A stretch of DNA of 64,000 bases, taken from contig CM126228.1 of assembly GCA_052327205.1 (NCBI GenBank), forward strand, positions 22,692,001 to 22,756,000, in the 5' to 3' direction. Both the position numbers and the translations under genes were made by a program. The notes under the pieces were generated by a model, which was not told the DNA's origin, did not search any database, and worked only from the letters and a program-made list of their open reading frames with translations. The stretch is from Somniosus microcephalus (lineage: Eukaryota). Every line of letters begins with the position of its first letter. Position 1 is the first letter of the stretch. Shown here in pieces: positions 1-13,385 of this stretch.

Positions 1-121
1 AGTGCTGAAATGATGAGAAATTTTGTTTTACCATAAAGGTTTAACAAGTTACAGTTAATTGTGCAGCAAAAGGCATACCACCCTAATGCAATTACTTATG
101 TTGGTCGATGCAATAGCCATA

Positions 122-395
122 CTGCACACAGCAAGATCCCACAAACGGCAATGAGATAAATGACCAGTTACTCTATTTTTGGTGGAGTTGGTTGAGGAAA
201 GAATGTTGCCCAGGATACTGGAAGAACTCTGAACAAGTAGACAGGAAATCAGTTTAACATTGCTTTCAAAGACAATGCAGCATTCCCTCAGTACTGCACT
301 GAGGTTTTACCCGGGGTTTTGTACTTAAGTCCTGGAGTGGGGCTTGAACCCACTATCTCCTGACTTCGAGGCAGGAATGCTATCCAATAAGCAAG
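122..395 (-). mobile_element. Degenerate DeuSINE (SacSINE1-like)
   Basis: Matches the other copies in the window (gcacacagcaagatcccacaaac...ggcttgaaccc...ctgact). Confidence 0.75.
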
Positions 396-794
396 CTCAA
401 ATTTAGCAGTGTAAAGTGATTGGCATAAGCAATGAGAAAGATGAGAAACAGACACTTGGCCAAGAAAGACAATCACAGACTGTATAGGCAAAAAAAAAAT
501 CTAACTATTGTATTTAATACATTTCTCAAAAGCAACAGCATTCCACTGTTAAGGGGTTTTTCCACTGAATTGATGCTTTCTGGTTTAAACTCTTTCAATG
601 GACTGAAGTTTATACCAAATGCAGACACCTATAGTGTCAAGAGGCACTGCAATATGGAGGTGATCATCATAATACAATAGAATACGGTCTTTACTGGTGA
701 ATAATTAACAACCCACACAACCAATTTCCCCCAAAAGAGAGGACAAGTTGTGAAAGGTACATACATACACACGTTCTTTCATTTCTGCCTGCAT

Positions 795-921
795 GGAATA
801 GATTTTCCTGGTCTTGCATATTGTGTGGACTTCTTTACCAATGTGCACTCCTCCCTTGCCCAGTGTTGCTGTATTTGCTGCACCCAGTACACCCAGGCAC
901 AAGACCAGGAAAATCTAGCCC
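795..921. mobile_element. Very short MITE with 18-bp perfect TIR
   Basis: TAGATTTTCCTGGTCTTG at 799-816 and CAAGACCAGGAAAATCTA at 900-917. Terminus resembles the GGGCNxGATTTT of the larger MITEs. Confidence 0.7.
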
Positions 922-1706
922 ATACTTTTTTTTTCTTCTTACTTTCACATTCTTTCTTTCTCTTTTTTTTTCTCCCTTTCTTTTGGAAAAACAGGCAGAC
1001 ATCCCCTTTCAAATAACCACACTGTGGTCAGTTACAATTATTATTGTAACTTTTTGGGGGGAGACTATGCACTATTGTAACTTATTTGGGGGAAAATATG
1101 CACAAGTATTACTTAACTGATCTTATTTCACGGATATTTTCCCTGCCAGTCAAGCAGGAGAGTTTGGTACAAACTGAGCAATCGGGAGAGTATTTTATCT
1201 TGTGGTAAAAAAATGTCCTCAGGATCTGTCTAAAGGGTTGTGCTTACTCATAGTGTAGATCAAGATAGACAGTCCGAAATGGTGCCAACACCCACAGTTT
1301 AATCAGTTTATCTCATATTCCATGGATCGAGACCCTCTACAAACTCATCCCAACCGATGACCCAGTACCGTGCCCTTCAATCTTCCAACTCTGGTCTCCA
1401 TTCATCCCTCTTTCCTTCACTCCACCAAAGACAGGGCCTTCAACCATTCGAGCCATACTCTCTAGTTCTCTTTTGCTATATCCTGCCGCCTTCCTCTCCC
1501 CAATTTCAAAAGTCTGAGTAAACCTTCGGTCACCTCCATTAACTCTTCTGTTACTGCTTGCTGCCTTCTGTGAAGTGCCTTTGGATACTTACTATGTCAA
1601 AGGCACTATATAAATGCGAGCTTCTGCTAACCAATCAGCTCACTCAAAAGCGACATTTGCAGTGACATTCATTTCTGTTATATAAAATAGTATAGATGGG
1701 TTGTAC

Positions 1707-1853
1707 CTTTGATAGGACTTTCTGATTGGCAATTGTAGTGATGAGACCTGCACAACAAACCAGTGCACTGGAGCTAGAGAGTCCTGAGCTGGCTGGGATT
1801 GTGCCATCAACCATACAGTTTATTCCACTGGAAACAGGGGGGTTGAAATGTTC
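1707..1853 (-). CDS. GALK2: GALK2 coding exon 5 (147 bp)
   Basis: ttttcag|GAA...AAG|gtacaa. Translates [49 protein letters not shown], containing the GHMP-kinase ATP-binding motif PxxxGLSSSSA. Phase 0/0. Confidence 0.96.
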
Positions 1854-3378
1854 CTGAAAAAGAGAAAATAATTTTTCATAGAATAAATTTATGTATCTGT
1901 GCAGGTAAATCAGTAATACCTATTTTATATATTGAGTTTAAAATATGTATTTCTTACAAAATATTCAAACACAATCTACAACAACAAAGAGAAAATAAGA
2001 CTTTTATGCACTGCAAAGAGAAAGGAAGACTGAGAAAGGAGGACATGGAAAACAAGCAAAAAATGAGAGACAGAAAGAATAAAATAAATGGGATTTGTAG
2101 ATAGTCGTTACTATAGTGTATGTTGGCCTAGTTCATTCCAAATTTGTTACAGATAATGTTGTCACTTAAAATTCTAGCAAAAAAAGTCTTTAAAATCAAA
2201 AAAAAAAATTAAATAATCTGACCAACAAACTTACAGTGGAATAATACTCCAGTGATATTCCAAAATACAGGCTTTAAGGCACTTTAACTGTTAGACAACA
2301 GTGAGTGTTTCACTTGTTTTCCAAGTGGGTAAGCTCTGAATGCTCGTGGTTAAGTTGAAACATCCAATAAAAGTTTGTTGTAGTTATTTAAATCTACCCC
2401 GTAACACATTATAATTTTATATACTCAAATGTGAAATGGCACGCTGGTGACAGTAGAGGTCGCAAAACAGAGACCAAGAAGTGCAAAACTACATTTTACA
2501 GAAGACAGTGTTTATTTTGAAGGAACAATTCATCAATTCCAAAAATACTTTCTTTGAAACTAAATCAACTAACCACAGAGGACAAAGACAAGTATGGAGC
2601 AGGATATTTTATGAAGTCAACAAGTTATCAAAGATTCTAGGACTGCCATGTGAAGCGAGTAGCGCATTTTCCAGGGTCAGATGGCACTAGTTTAGTTTCT
2701 AACCTGTCTAAAGTTGCAGCATCCTGCAGCATATGGAGTTTCTTGGGGAAACAAAAGGTTCCTCCCTATAAAATCACTGGATGGCTTGGAGGCAAAGAGA
2801 TTTGACTTTTTTTTTTAAACTGTCAAGGAATGTGTATTTCTTTCAATATACTACTCAACCTTCCATAGCGATGGCGGGGGAGAGAGGCAGCAAGGGAGGG
2901 ATAGTTCAAAGGGGATAAGCTATCAAAGAGATAAGTTATTCAATATTTTAACAATATTTTGAAAACAAAATCCTTCTAATCTTAGCCTTTATGCTTGTAG
3001 TACTTTCATAATTTTAAACACTTCTATTATGCTGTATTTATACTGCATCTACAGGTCTCAGACTCTTTTACACTGCCTAGTTGAAACTGCTATACTACTA
3101 CCAAGAAAGGTGTGTGTGTGTGCAAAACTATGCATATGCAGTCTGTCTCCTGAGCACTTTTTAACCTTGAATTGTTATCACACTAAAGTTGTACTCTAAA
3201 GGTGTCAAACTCCAGGAAGTCTCACACCACTTCTCTCTGAAGTCAGGCTCCAACTCCAGATACTGTATATATCATCAATTTAGCATCATTGGAAAGCAGA
3301 AATGGCTTTGCAGTAATGTAGAAGCTACAATATAAATGTACAATTAGATTCCCTTCTTTGATAATGTCTGATTTTGTG

Positions 3379-3560
3379 AATGTAAGAAGTCACACAACAC
3401 CAGGTTATAGTCCAACAGCTTTATTTGAAATCACAAGCTTTCGGAGCGCTGCTCCTTCGTCAGGTGAAGGTCAAATAAAGCTGTTGGACTATAACCTGGT
3501 GTTGTGTGACTTCTTACATTTGTCCACCCCAGTCCAACTCCGGCATCTCCACACCATGAT
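3379..3560. mobile_element. Penelope-like element remnant: perfect 50-bp inverted repeat
   Basis: 3379-3428 is the exact reverse complement of 3471-3520, and the spacer holds a hammerhead core. This is typical inverted pLTR architecture. Confidence 0.75.
3431..3467 (-). ncRNA. Minimal type-I hammerhead ribozyme motif
   Basis: Minus strand: UCAC-CUGACGA-A-GGAGC(AGC)GCUCC-GAAA-GC-UU-GUGA. Stem I UCAC/GUGA, stem II GGAGC/GCUCC, palindromic loopless helix III (AAGCUU). Confidence 0.7.
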
Positions 3561-3639
3561 TTTGTGAATACAGTGCTAGTTTTATTGTTGTTTTTAAGTT
3601 TCCCATCATAACTATGTCCCCTTATCCTTGATATCATCC

Positions 3640-5060
3640 GATTGTTGCACCTTTATGACTTCGATATCTTTTGTAAAATGGAATGCCAAAACAGCACACA
3701 ATACTGAGGAATAACCAATGTCTTGTACAGATTGATCATCACATCTAGCTTTTGCATTAAAAGCTCCCACATATGAAACCAAGAATCCTGTTTTCCTCTT
3801 TTATCATATCTGCCCACAATCCTGCTTTGAAGGATCTGTTTGTCTGTACACCTATAATTTTCTATTCCTCTGCTCTATTGAGGATTTTACCATTTAGAAC
3901 GTATTTTCATCCTGTTTTTCTTTGCCCCCAAAATGTACATTCATCCCATTTAACCACATTTGCCAAATATCTGCTCACATCCCAAACCAATGAGTTTCTC
4001 CTCCAGTCTCTTGCATTCTTCCTCTCAGTTTCTATGTTCCCTCGGTTGGTATCAGCAAATTTTAATGGAATTACCTCTTCGTCTATCTCCATCATTTATG
4101 TATATGGACAACAAGAGGTTCCAACACAGATCTTTGAGACATGCCACTAGCTACATCTTGCCAATCCAAGAAACGTTTAGTTATCCCTACTCTTTGCTTT
4201 CTGTCAAACAATCCCTTCATTCATGGTGCCACTTTATCTTTAATATGAAGGACCTTAACCTTTGCACTTTATGAAAGACTTCTTGGAAATTCACATATAC
4301 CACATCTACTGCATTCCTTTTGTCTACATGCTTGAATTCGATTAAATTACTCAAGTGCAATCTTCCCAAAACAAATCAGTGTTCATAAGCCTCAATTGGC
4401 CCATACCTTGCCAAGTGTTCACTAATATTACCACTGATGAGGCTAATTGGTCAATAGTTATTTGGCTTATTCATGTTCTCTTTTGAACAGGTGTAATGTG
4501 GTCCACGCTCCAGTCCTTAGTACAATTCCTGTTTTCAAATAATTTTTGAAAATTATGCTTACCACCTCTATTTCATCACTAACCATCTTCAATATTCCAG
4601 TATGGACCATCCAGACCTAGTGACTTATCAACTTTAAATTTCATTAGCTCTTTTAATAGTTTTCTTTTTAATATTGGTATCTGTTAATTGCTCTATGTCC
4701 TCCACTGGTCTCCTGTAGTTCTTCATTCACCTTTTTTGTAAATGCAATGGTAATATGTTGAACACCTATCATTCTTTTACTCTCTACCATAAGATTGCTT
4801 TCTTTGTATCTCAATGGTCACCTCTGAAATTTGCTCACTATTTTGTTTTTTTCTTTATCCACTTTGCAACTAAAACTTAATTATATATTATGATCACTGG
4901 CTCTTAAATATTCTCCTACCTTCAAGTTACTTACTTGCCCCAGTTCATTCCCATACCAGCTTTAGTACTATATATTCCCTAAACTACAATCCTGAATGCA
5001 TTTTATGAATCCTTCCCCATATTGATCACTTATTATTCCTCTGGACAGTTAAAATATGCT
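3640..5060 (-). mobile_element. Old, fragmented CR1-type LINE
   Basis: Minus-strand RT-like remnants (e.g. 'LKFADT' in ORF 3907..4095) with many stops. Confidence 0.65.
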
Positions 5061-6946
5061 CCAAGTAAGGGATGTCAAGGATGAGAACAAGTTAAAGGTT
5101 TTAATAAGATTTGGAGACAAACTTTTTCTATAGATAGGGTGTAATCCTGTACAGACTAGTACCGAAAATCATATGGTTACACTTACATTGAGTGGTGTGT
5201 AGAGTCTCAGAAAAAGGTTGACTATATGTATGTTCTCCCAGACATTACTTTTCAAATTAAAAAAATCTAGATATGCACTTGCCTACATTTTATTGAAAAA
5301 AGCCTAAATTGATGGGCATGAGGCAATGGCCTCTTTTGGTTTCTCCTTAAATATACTTCTGCCATTAGGCAGTATTAATACTTTAAATTTGTTCTAGTTG
5401 ATAAGTACTAAATAAAGATAGTTATCCTTACAATAATGTCTATTTTCCCACAATGTAGTCCAGCTACTCAAAATACTGCACTTTATACTTTTCACCTTCA
5501 CAGCAAAGATTCCGTGACAAAGCTATTTTCCCATAACTCAGCTAACCTCTTTAAACTGGCTGGATCTTGCAGTACTTGGGGAGAAAAATACAATTATGAG
5601 TAATATATTTTACTCCAGAGTAAACTGGGTATTTAAGTCTTAAGATCTGTTGCTTGGGTCAGGACAGTTGCACAAATAAGAATACGGAAATGCCTCTAGT
5701 GACCAGAAATCTTGCCCTTTGCCAACATACATACGCACACAAATTCCCTTAGAACTAGTTCATTTTGGCAAAAATAGGCAAAAAAATAAAACAAATTCTT
5801 GAAATTTTAAGTAGAAAGTGAACGAGGCTATTTTATAGAACTTTACCATAGTGAAATGCGAGTATAGAGTTTTAAATTACTTACGTAAAATGTGAAACTG
5901 AATGAAAGCAACATTTTTGTAATAAAAATTAGTAGTTATGTCTTCAATTCCTTTGCCAGCACTATAAGCAAATTATGAGCTAAAATATAGATGCCAGTTG
6001 TTTTGTCCTAAAAAACTGTAGCCAAACCCATGTGAAAAAAAAGGTTTGAGTAATATGTCTAAGCAGGGCTGATCCACAGGGTTCGTCCCTTGCATGAATA
6101 TAGCTTATAAAGCTATCACGCAATGTTTCACAAAGTGCTTTGGTTTCAGAAGAAAATAAAGTCTGCCAAGTATTGCTTTACTCATATCCCACTGGAGTTA
6201 GAAATTTGAATTAATATAAACAGGCTATACCCTTGGAACCTTTTAACACTCTTCATTTAAATTGCTTATTTTAGTCTGTAGCATTTCAAAACTACTTCTG
6301 GGACCTGCCATTGTAATGTAAAAACCTGCACTATGTGGCCCCCAGCACCATGTAATGATATTCTGCACTATAGGGGTTTAGGGAGGAGTTTGAAGTTTTA
6401 CCCTGCAATTTCCCCCATTATGATTTCCTAATCTCAGCTAAGCAGTTGTCAAGTAGAAGAGAAATGCTTACCCCAAGGCTGGGAGAAATTCTGACAGAAC
6501 TAAACCCACGCAGGTCTTAAACAATTCCTAGCAGCTGGTTCAAGTGTGTCACTGGGAGGCACATAGGACATGTTGAAAGTGCCACCGTATGGTTGTTGGA
6601 GCATATGGAAGTATAAGGTCCCAACCATCCATTTCTGCCCCCATTATAAATGCCGATCTTTGTCTGGACAGGAAACTGTTTTCTGGCAGTATCAGCAATC
6701 AGTACAGTTGTGTTTGTTTGGGGCTCTGCTTTCCCACACATTATTCATGACCATCTTTTGGATTTATACCCCTGCAGGGATCAAATCTATAGTAACCATA
6801 TCCTCCTAACATACTGTAGTAAAATTAAGATGCCATGGCAAATTTAAAGGAACCCTTTATCTAACATTTTGCTAGCTTGCCACGGTCCTCAAGCTCTCAA
6901 TATACCACCCTTCTAATGCCCAAAAGCTGTTAATTTGACCCAAGTA

Positions 6947-7273
6947 CAGTAAACTCTTTCGTATCCGGCACCGACGGGACCGGGATGGTGCCAGTTGATT
7001 AAAAATTCCGGATAACGGAGAGGTGTATCTACCGAGGCTATTTTTAACAAACAAAAACTCCTGTTATTGAGGTGTTCGGAGAGACTTCCGACAGCGCCAA
7101 GATGCCGTGTAGTGGCGGTTTGGAGAACTACCCCCGCTGACTAACTCAGCCACCGCGGGAGACTCGGACTCGGCAACATTTCCGGTTATTGAGGTGTTGT
7201 TTTCTGAGTATCAATTTTGCCGGTTAATAGAGAATTCCAGATAATTAGGTGCCGTTTAAACGAGAGTTTACTG
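6947..7273. mobile_element. Tc1/mariner (Tigger/pogo-like) MITE
   Basis: TA|CAGTAAACTCT...AGAGTTTACTG|TA. Subterminal TATCCGGCACCGACGGGACCG is shared with the COPS2-intron MITE family. Confidence 0.85.
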
Positions 7274-8179
7274 TACAACTCTGTCAAGCACCTGACATAT
7301 ATACACTCAGAAGAGATCCAAGGAAGATATACAGAGGAACCTGACCGACTTTCACAATTCAATGGAATAGTCAGAAAAATGGGCAGAGACTAACTATATT
7401 TAGTGTTTAGCCTGGCGCTCTCCTCTGAAATTTGTTCAACTATATTGGAATGGAGTTTGATTTTACTGAGAGGGGAGACAGGAAGAAAAGTGTGTTTTTT
7501 GAGGATGGAAGAGGATGTTGGCACTCTTTTGTTGTTTTGACGGACAATCCCTTTTCCTTTTTCACACCTTCCACACTATTACGATTTGGTGCGTAATGTC
7601 GGAATGCACCCTTAGTTGCCTCAGCAATAGTGTGTGGACATCTCTGTTATGCTCGGCAGACTCGGTGTGTTATTGCGTCTTTTCCAGATACTGAAGGTTC
7701 ACATTCTTATGACTACTTTTAAAGGAGTTGGGCTGATTCTTAACAAAGTGGATGAACAAAGTCCAAAAATCATCTTGCAATATCTCAGCTCCCTCAGGAT
7801 AAGGAAACTGAGCTGCTTACTTTTATCATTGGGCTGCCCAGCTCTGTCATATGCTGAAGTGGATTTCTTTTTAGCACAATCTAGAGTTGTGCTGGAACAA
7901 GCTCACTGTCCCAGTGTCCGACATCAGTTTTTTTTTTAAAATGTGGGCTCATGCTCTAGCCATATTTTGTTCTGCCTATTACAGACAGATCAAGATGTGG
8001 ATTTGGAAAGAAATCGGTCAATTCTTCCACATTCTGCATGCTCTTTCTGCCAATTCACCTCTCTGGGACAACTCTGGATATTCCTCCAATAATAGGAGAG
8101 ACAGGCTTCTGGGCAGAATAAGGGCTGGTGGTACCAATGCCAGGTACTAGACTGACGGAATTCCAGACTTGATGACAAT

Positions 8180-8922
8180 GGCCCAAAATTTGCGATCGGA
8201 GGCTTCCCGCGGGCGGATGCCTCCGACCTGTAAAAAATCTACGAATTTACCTGGTGGCACAGGAGGTACGGAAACTTACGCTCCTGGGCTTCTCCGGGTA
8301 CGCGCGGGCAGAGGCCCACATATCCCAGGGGCGCAGGCGGTTCGCAAGTGCCCCTGGGATCACGTGGGCCAGCCCAACCAATAAAAGGGAATCCCCATTC
8401 ATATTTATGGGAGTTCCGTACATACGGAAACCCCGTAAGTATGAATGGGATCACTTAAAAAATACACGAACACATGAAATAAATGTTTAAAAATTACATA
8501 ATTAAAATGCTATTTAATTAAATATTTTAAACAAAAATTTAATTTTTTGAAAAAAAATTGTTTTAACGGGGCTAAAAATAAACGTACCTTATTGGACAGG
8601 GTTTTTAATGTATTAATCAGAGATTAAAATTTTATTTTTCTATTTTTTTTTTTTTTTAAAACGCTTATGCTGGTAAAAGCAGGCCTTATGCCTGCTTTTA
8701 CCAGGCGTAAGAATTTCACGGGCTTTCAGCAGGCGGAAGTTGGGCAAATAGCGCAACTCTCCTTCTCCCGGGGATGCGGAGGATCTGTCAAGAAGATTTC
8801 CGACAGATGGCAAGTTCTGGGTTTTAGCGCATGCGCTTCGCACGCCTAAACCCGGAACTTGCGCAGCCCCTACAAATGCATACACACCTCGTACGCATCC
8901 GTAGGGGTTGCAAGATTTTTCC
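8180..8922. mobile_element. PIF/Harbinger-like MITE, family A
   Basis: GGCCCAAAATTTGCG terminus. Colinear with copies at 10012, 27303 and 30885. AT-rich core. Confidence 0.8.
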
Positions 8923-10011
8923 AGTATGTCACTTTTTAACCAATGATTTTGTTATAGTATTTCACTTTCATTTCCATGTAATCTTCACGAAAAGAATTGC
9001 TTAATTCCAAACTGATGTTGGAAAGACTACAGAGGATTCAATAGCTTCTTCCATATTAACTGGAAATGCCCTTGGAAATCTATCACGGAATTGTGGTCAC
9101 ATTAGACTCTCTCCATTGTCTGCTAAACTCCCACTTGATCCAAGAATGAGTCACTTAGTTTGCCCGATACACCATTCCTGTCTTGTGACACAAGGTGATC
9201 CACAAATCTACTTCAATGAATACCGCCACAGTAATCAAGGTATCTTTGTTTCCGTGTTTGCAGTTGGCAGTACTAGGAGGTGTGATATTGGATTCAGGAT
9301 TCTGTGCCTTCGCCCTTCCCTTTTCCCTGGGAATGATCTCTGTGTACCCATTCTGATCATCAGCACCCCTTTTCCCGTGTCCTTACTGATCAACCTGTTG
9401 ATCCAAGAAGGTAGATTTACAAGTCTTGTGTGTAGCCACAATTTAGCTTATGCTTCCAATCATGCTACTCAGGTAGGGTTTACCACAAGTACTAGAACAG
9501 TCAGCTCCTAAATGGAGAAAGGATGGAAAGAACTTAATGTATGTAGTTTGTCTGTAGAATATAACTTAATTGTCTATCCTTACAACCATGATGTAGAATT
9601 AAGTCACCATTATTGTACAGAATTGACTGTTAAATGCTATGGGATTAGATATATTTCTTAAGGCTAAGGGGATCAAGGGATATGGGGAGAAGGCAGGGAC
9701 AGGGTACTGAATTTGGATGATCAGCCATGATCTCATTGAATGGCGGAGCAGACTCGAGGGGCCGAATGGCCTACTCCTGCTCCTATCTTCTATGTTTCTA
9801 TGATTCATTTTGTCTTTTGAGTTTCATTGGGTTCTTGTATTTGTTACATATTTATTTTAACGAAAACTTGAAATATAAAGCATTTTAAAAAACCTTATTA
9901 TTAGCAGCACATATAATTTTTCAAGTAAACAAGAGAGTTGAAGCAATTATAAATAGAAATGCAATAGCTTAAATCAATCAGAGTACATTGAGATTTGTAC
10001 AAATGTACAAT

Positions 10012-10670
10012 GCACTCTATTTTGTGCTCCCGATGACCGAGTATGCTCGTAAGCCTTCAGAAAGGCCCCTCAAGTTCTGGGTTCCCGCATGTGCGAAAAC
10101 CCGGAACTTGCGATCTGTCAAGGTACGCCTTGACAGATCATCCGCACCGACTCAAAAATCACTCGCTGGCGCAGAATTGAACTATTTGCCCAACTTCTGC
10201 CCAGCAAATGCCACGAAACCCTTATGCCTGGTAAAATCAGGCATAGGGCCTGCTTCCACCAAAGTAAAGGTTAATTTAAATTTCAAATTAAAAATTTAAA
10301 AATAAAAAATCATGCACAAACATTTAAAATTAGTTTATGTAAATTTTGGACCAGATTAAAATGTTTTTAAAAAGTTTTTTAATTAGATTTTTATTTTATA
10401 TGCTTTATTGCAGGGACTTTCAATTAAATTTGAAATGGGAACATTTATTTTTATTCCAGTTGTATAAATTATTTAATTATTTGGGGATTCCTCATAAGCT
10501 TATGGGGATTCCATTCGTAAATGGAATCCTCAAACATATTAGGAATCCTCCTTTCTGATTGGAGGACCTGGCCCACGTAATCCCAGGGGCGCTTCCAAAC
10601 CTCCTGCGGCCCTGGGATCCGTGACCCAGGATCCAAAGCCTCCGAAGCCCGGGAGCCTGAAGGTAAGTGC

Positions 10671-10707
<37 letters not shown>

Positions 10708-10757
10708 GGGTTGGAGGCGTACTCCAGAGGCATGCCTCCGACCGCAAATTCCGGCCC
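10012..10757. mobile_element. PIF/Harbinger-like MITE, family A (opposite orientation)
   Basis: Ends GCAAATTCCGGCCC. AAT on both flanks (3-bp TSD). Confidence 0.8.
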
Positions 10758-11939
10758 AATATTCCTATCCAGAGTGTTTTTTCTAAAAACGTACAAGGTG
10801 CTGCATACAAATGTGATTCCACTAAAAAAATTGACAAATTAATATTATTGCTTTGTACATCTTTAAATGAAAACAAATATTCTAGTATGTATACTTGAAA
10901 GTCTGTTTTAATTCAGACCAAGAACCACTTTGTATCTATTTATTTGCACTGCTATCTGCAGATAGAAAGTTCACCTAATGCACAGAAGAGACATCCATTT
11001 GGTACAATGTCTAATGACTAAACACACATTTTGTGTATCACTCGACAGTACTACATACAGATTTTATAACACAAATTGGCTGAACTGTGCAAACTGTGCT
11101 TTGCCTGGAAACTAGGCCTCACTCCTCTTGAGAATGCATGTCCTAGGCAATGCTTCTGCTTTGAGACGTCAGCATTTTTTAAAAAAATGATGGTACCCTC
11201 CCTCTTTTTTTCCCCCAGACCATCTCGAGGATAACACTTGTGCAAATCTTCCCTCGTTCAAAACAAACACAAGGTCAAGATCTCAGTAAATTAGGGAATC
11301 AAACATTTGACCATTCTGTGAAACATTGGTACCCTAAAACATTACCCAGATAATTTAAAATATAGATAGGAAAGCGTAATCCTGGGATTTTAAGTGGCCT
11401 TTAAATATTTATTATTGAATTCTGCAGTACTAACAACTGTCAAGTGGTATTTCAACATACATATTTGTTTTATTTTTCATTGCTGTGATTCCTCATTTCA
11501 CTGCACACTGAAATTATCCATTACTTCTCCACAACAAACTGTTCGAAGACCAAACAAGAACATAAAATGTTTCCATGAAACCCCATGATGAGGCAATTCA
11601 TGAATCATGAATATAGTGGTCATGGATTCTGAACTGAATAGTTTGTGGAAATAGCTATTAAATTTAATCGGACAATGAAGTGTAAGCAGACTGAGTGGAT
11701 CAAGGCAGAATGGTGCTAATGAGCTTATTTCCATAGAGCCATAGGAAACAGAGACAGGCCATTTGACCCATCAAGTGATTTTCTCAGCATAAAGCACCCA
11801 GTCTAATCCCATTTTTCTGTTTAATAACTCTTTTCTCAAATACCCAGACTCTGCTTCAACAATTATTTGTAGCAGAGCATTCCATACTCTAACTACCCTG
11901 TGAAAATACATTTTTCTAACCTTTCCTTTAATTGTTATT

Positions 11940-12681
11940 GGCCCGGAATTTGTGGTTGTGGTCAGCAATGAAACTGTCAGTGCTCGCCGTCATTACAGTG
12001 TAAAACAGACAGCAATTTCTGGCGTCTGCACATGCACAGTTAAACACGGAAATCCAAAAGCTGCTGTCAGCAATACCCTGTTCCTCCACAGAATACATTG
12101 TTGCAGTCTTCGCAGATGCAATCAACACAGAATCAGTGATTTGACATGAACTTCAACTTTTTACACACTGTTCTTGCTGTAGAAACCATCGAAAATGTTA
12201 AGCCTTGTTGAATGAGGTGTAACTGAGTTTTAACAGTGAAATAAGTCATAATTACTGCTGAGCAACCTCTCTGGCCCTGAAAAACTAATTTTATAAATGT
12301 GGAGTGTCATTCCCTCAATTCCATGATAAACATTACATAGATTAATTTGTTTATGATATTTCAGTTTCTACTTTAATCCCATGTGTATGTCCTAATCTTT
12401 ATTTCGCTTTCTGAAACATGATTAAAAGTAAATGATAATCCGTGCTTTTTATTTCATGGTTTGCTGGCTGCGAGAATTCTTCAATCTGATTGGCTGCTCA
12501 GCCTGCATGATAACTTCACCATTCCTGGACGCCACAGATCCCCTATAGATGGCACCAGATTGAAAGTCACGTTGGAATAGGGAAAATCGGCTCCACAGAA
12601 CCTGTTAAATCTTGGTGGGCAGTTTTCTTCGAGGTCAGTGGCGAGCACCTTCCCTTCGCCGCTGACTGCAAAATCCAGGCC
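11940..12681. mobile_element. PIF/Harbinger-like MITE
   Basis: ATT|GGCCCGGAATTTG...CAAAATCCAGGCC|ATT. Confidence 0.75.
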
Positions 12682-12699
12682 ATTACTTTGATCAACAGA

Positions 12700-13385
12700 T
12701 CTTACTGATCAACAGAAACAATCTTACTATTTGCCCTACTGTAACTTCTTAATATTGAGGACCGTATAATAAGTCTATATTGAACCTATTCTGTTGCTTT
12801 TATATAGTCCCCAAACTGTGCACAGTATTCCAACTGCAGCCTAATTAAGATAGTCTAAGTTCAACATTACTTCCTTACTTGAAAAACAAAAAAAGTTTGC
12901 CTTTTATAACCTTACCTACTTACATTGCCACTTTTAATGACCTGTGTATTTCTCTGCCCCTCTATTCCATTTAAAATCTTACTACTTAAGGTATACTTCC
13001 TTCTGCTATTTGTGCTTCCAAAATGTAGTACAGTACTTACCATTTCTCTAGATTAACCTTGGTCTTCCACCTATCTACCCATCCTCTTAGACTTTCTATG
13101 TCTTCCTACAGCCTTTCACAGTCCACGTCATGATTTGCCTTACCTCCCAATTTGATGTTATCAGCAAATTTCAATATTGTTCCCTCATTATCAGGTCCAG
13201 AGCATTTATGTGTATATATACTAAATAAGAGCAGCCCCAACACAGACCCCTGTGGAACATCATTCACCCTTTGCTCCTACCCTCCCAACAAGCTAAACAC
13301 ATGGTCACATTGTCTTTAATTCAGTGAGCTTTGCAACAACTCTCTTACATGGATCTTATCAAATGCTTTATAATAGAGGTACCCA
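12700..13385 (-). mobile_element. Degenerate CR1-type LINE fragment
   Basis: Similar to the fragments at 3640 and 39285 (tcagcaaatt, cacagtattccaactgcagcctaa). Confidence 0.55.

Noticed and set aside
705-923. Signal-peptide-like ORF on the - strand (IFLVLCLGVLGAANT...)
   Set aside because: It lies in a short MITE bounded by 18-bp TIRs, and the upstream ATG is followed by an in-frame TAG.
6517-6771. Acceptor-like site (ccctgcag) followed by ORF MCGKAEPQ... on the - strand
   Set aside because: Stops occur early in all three frames after the acceptor, with no donor and no recognisable homology. Too weak, though worth rechecking if the ghost gene is confirmed.
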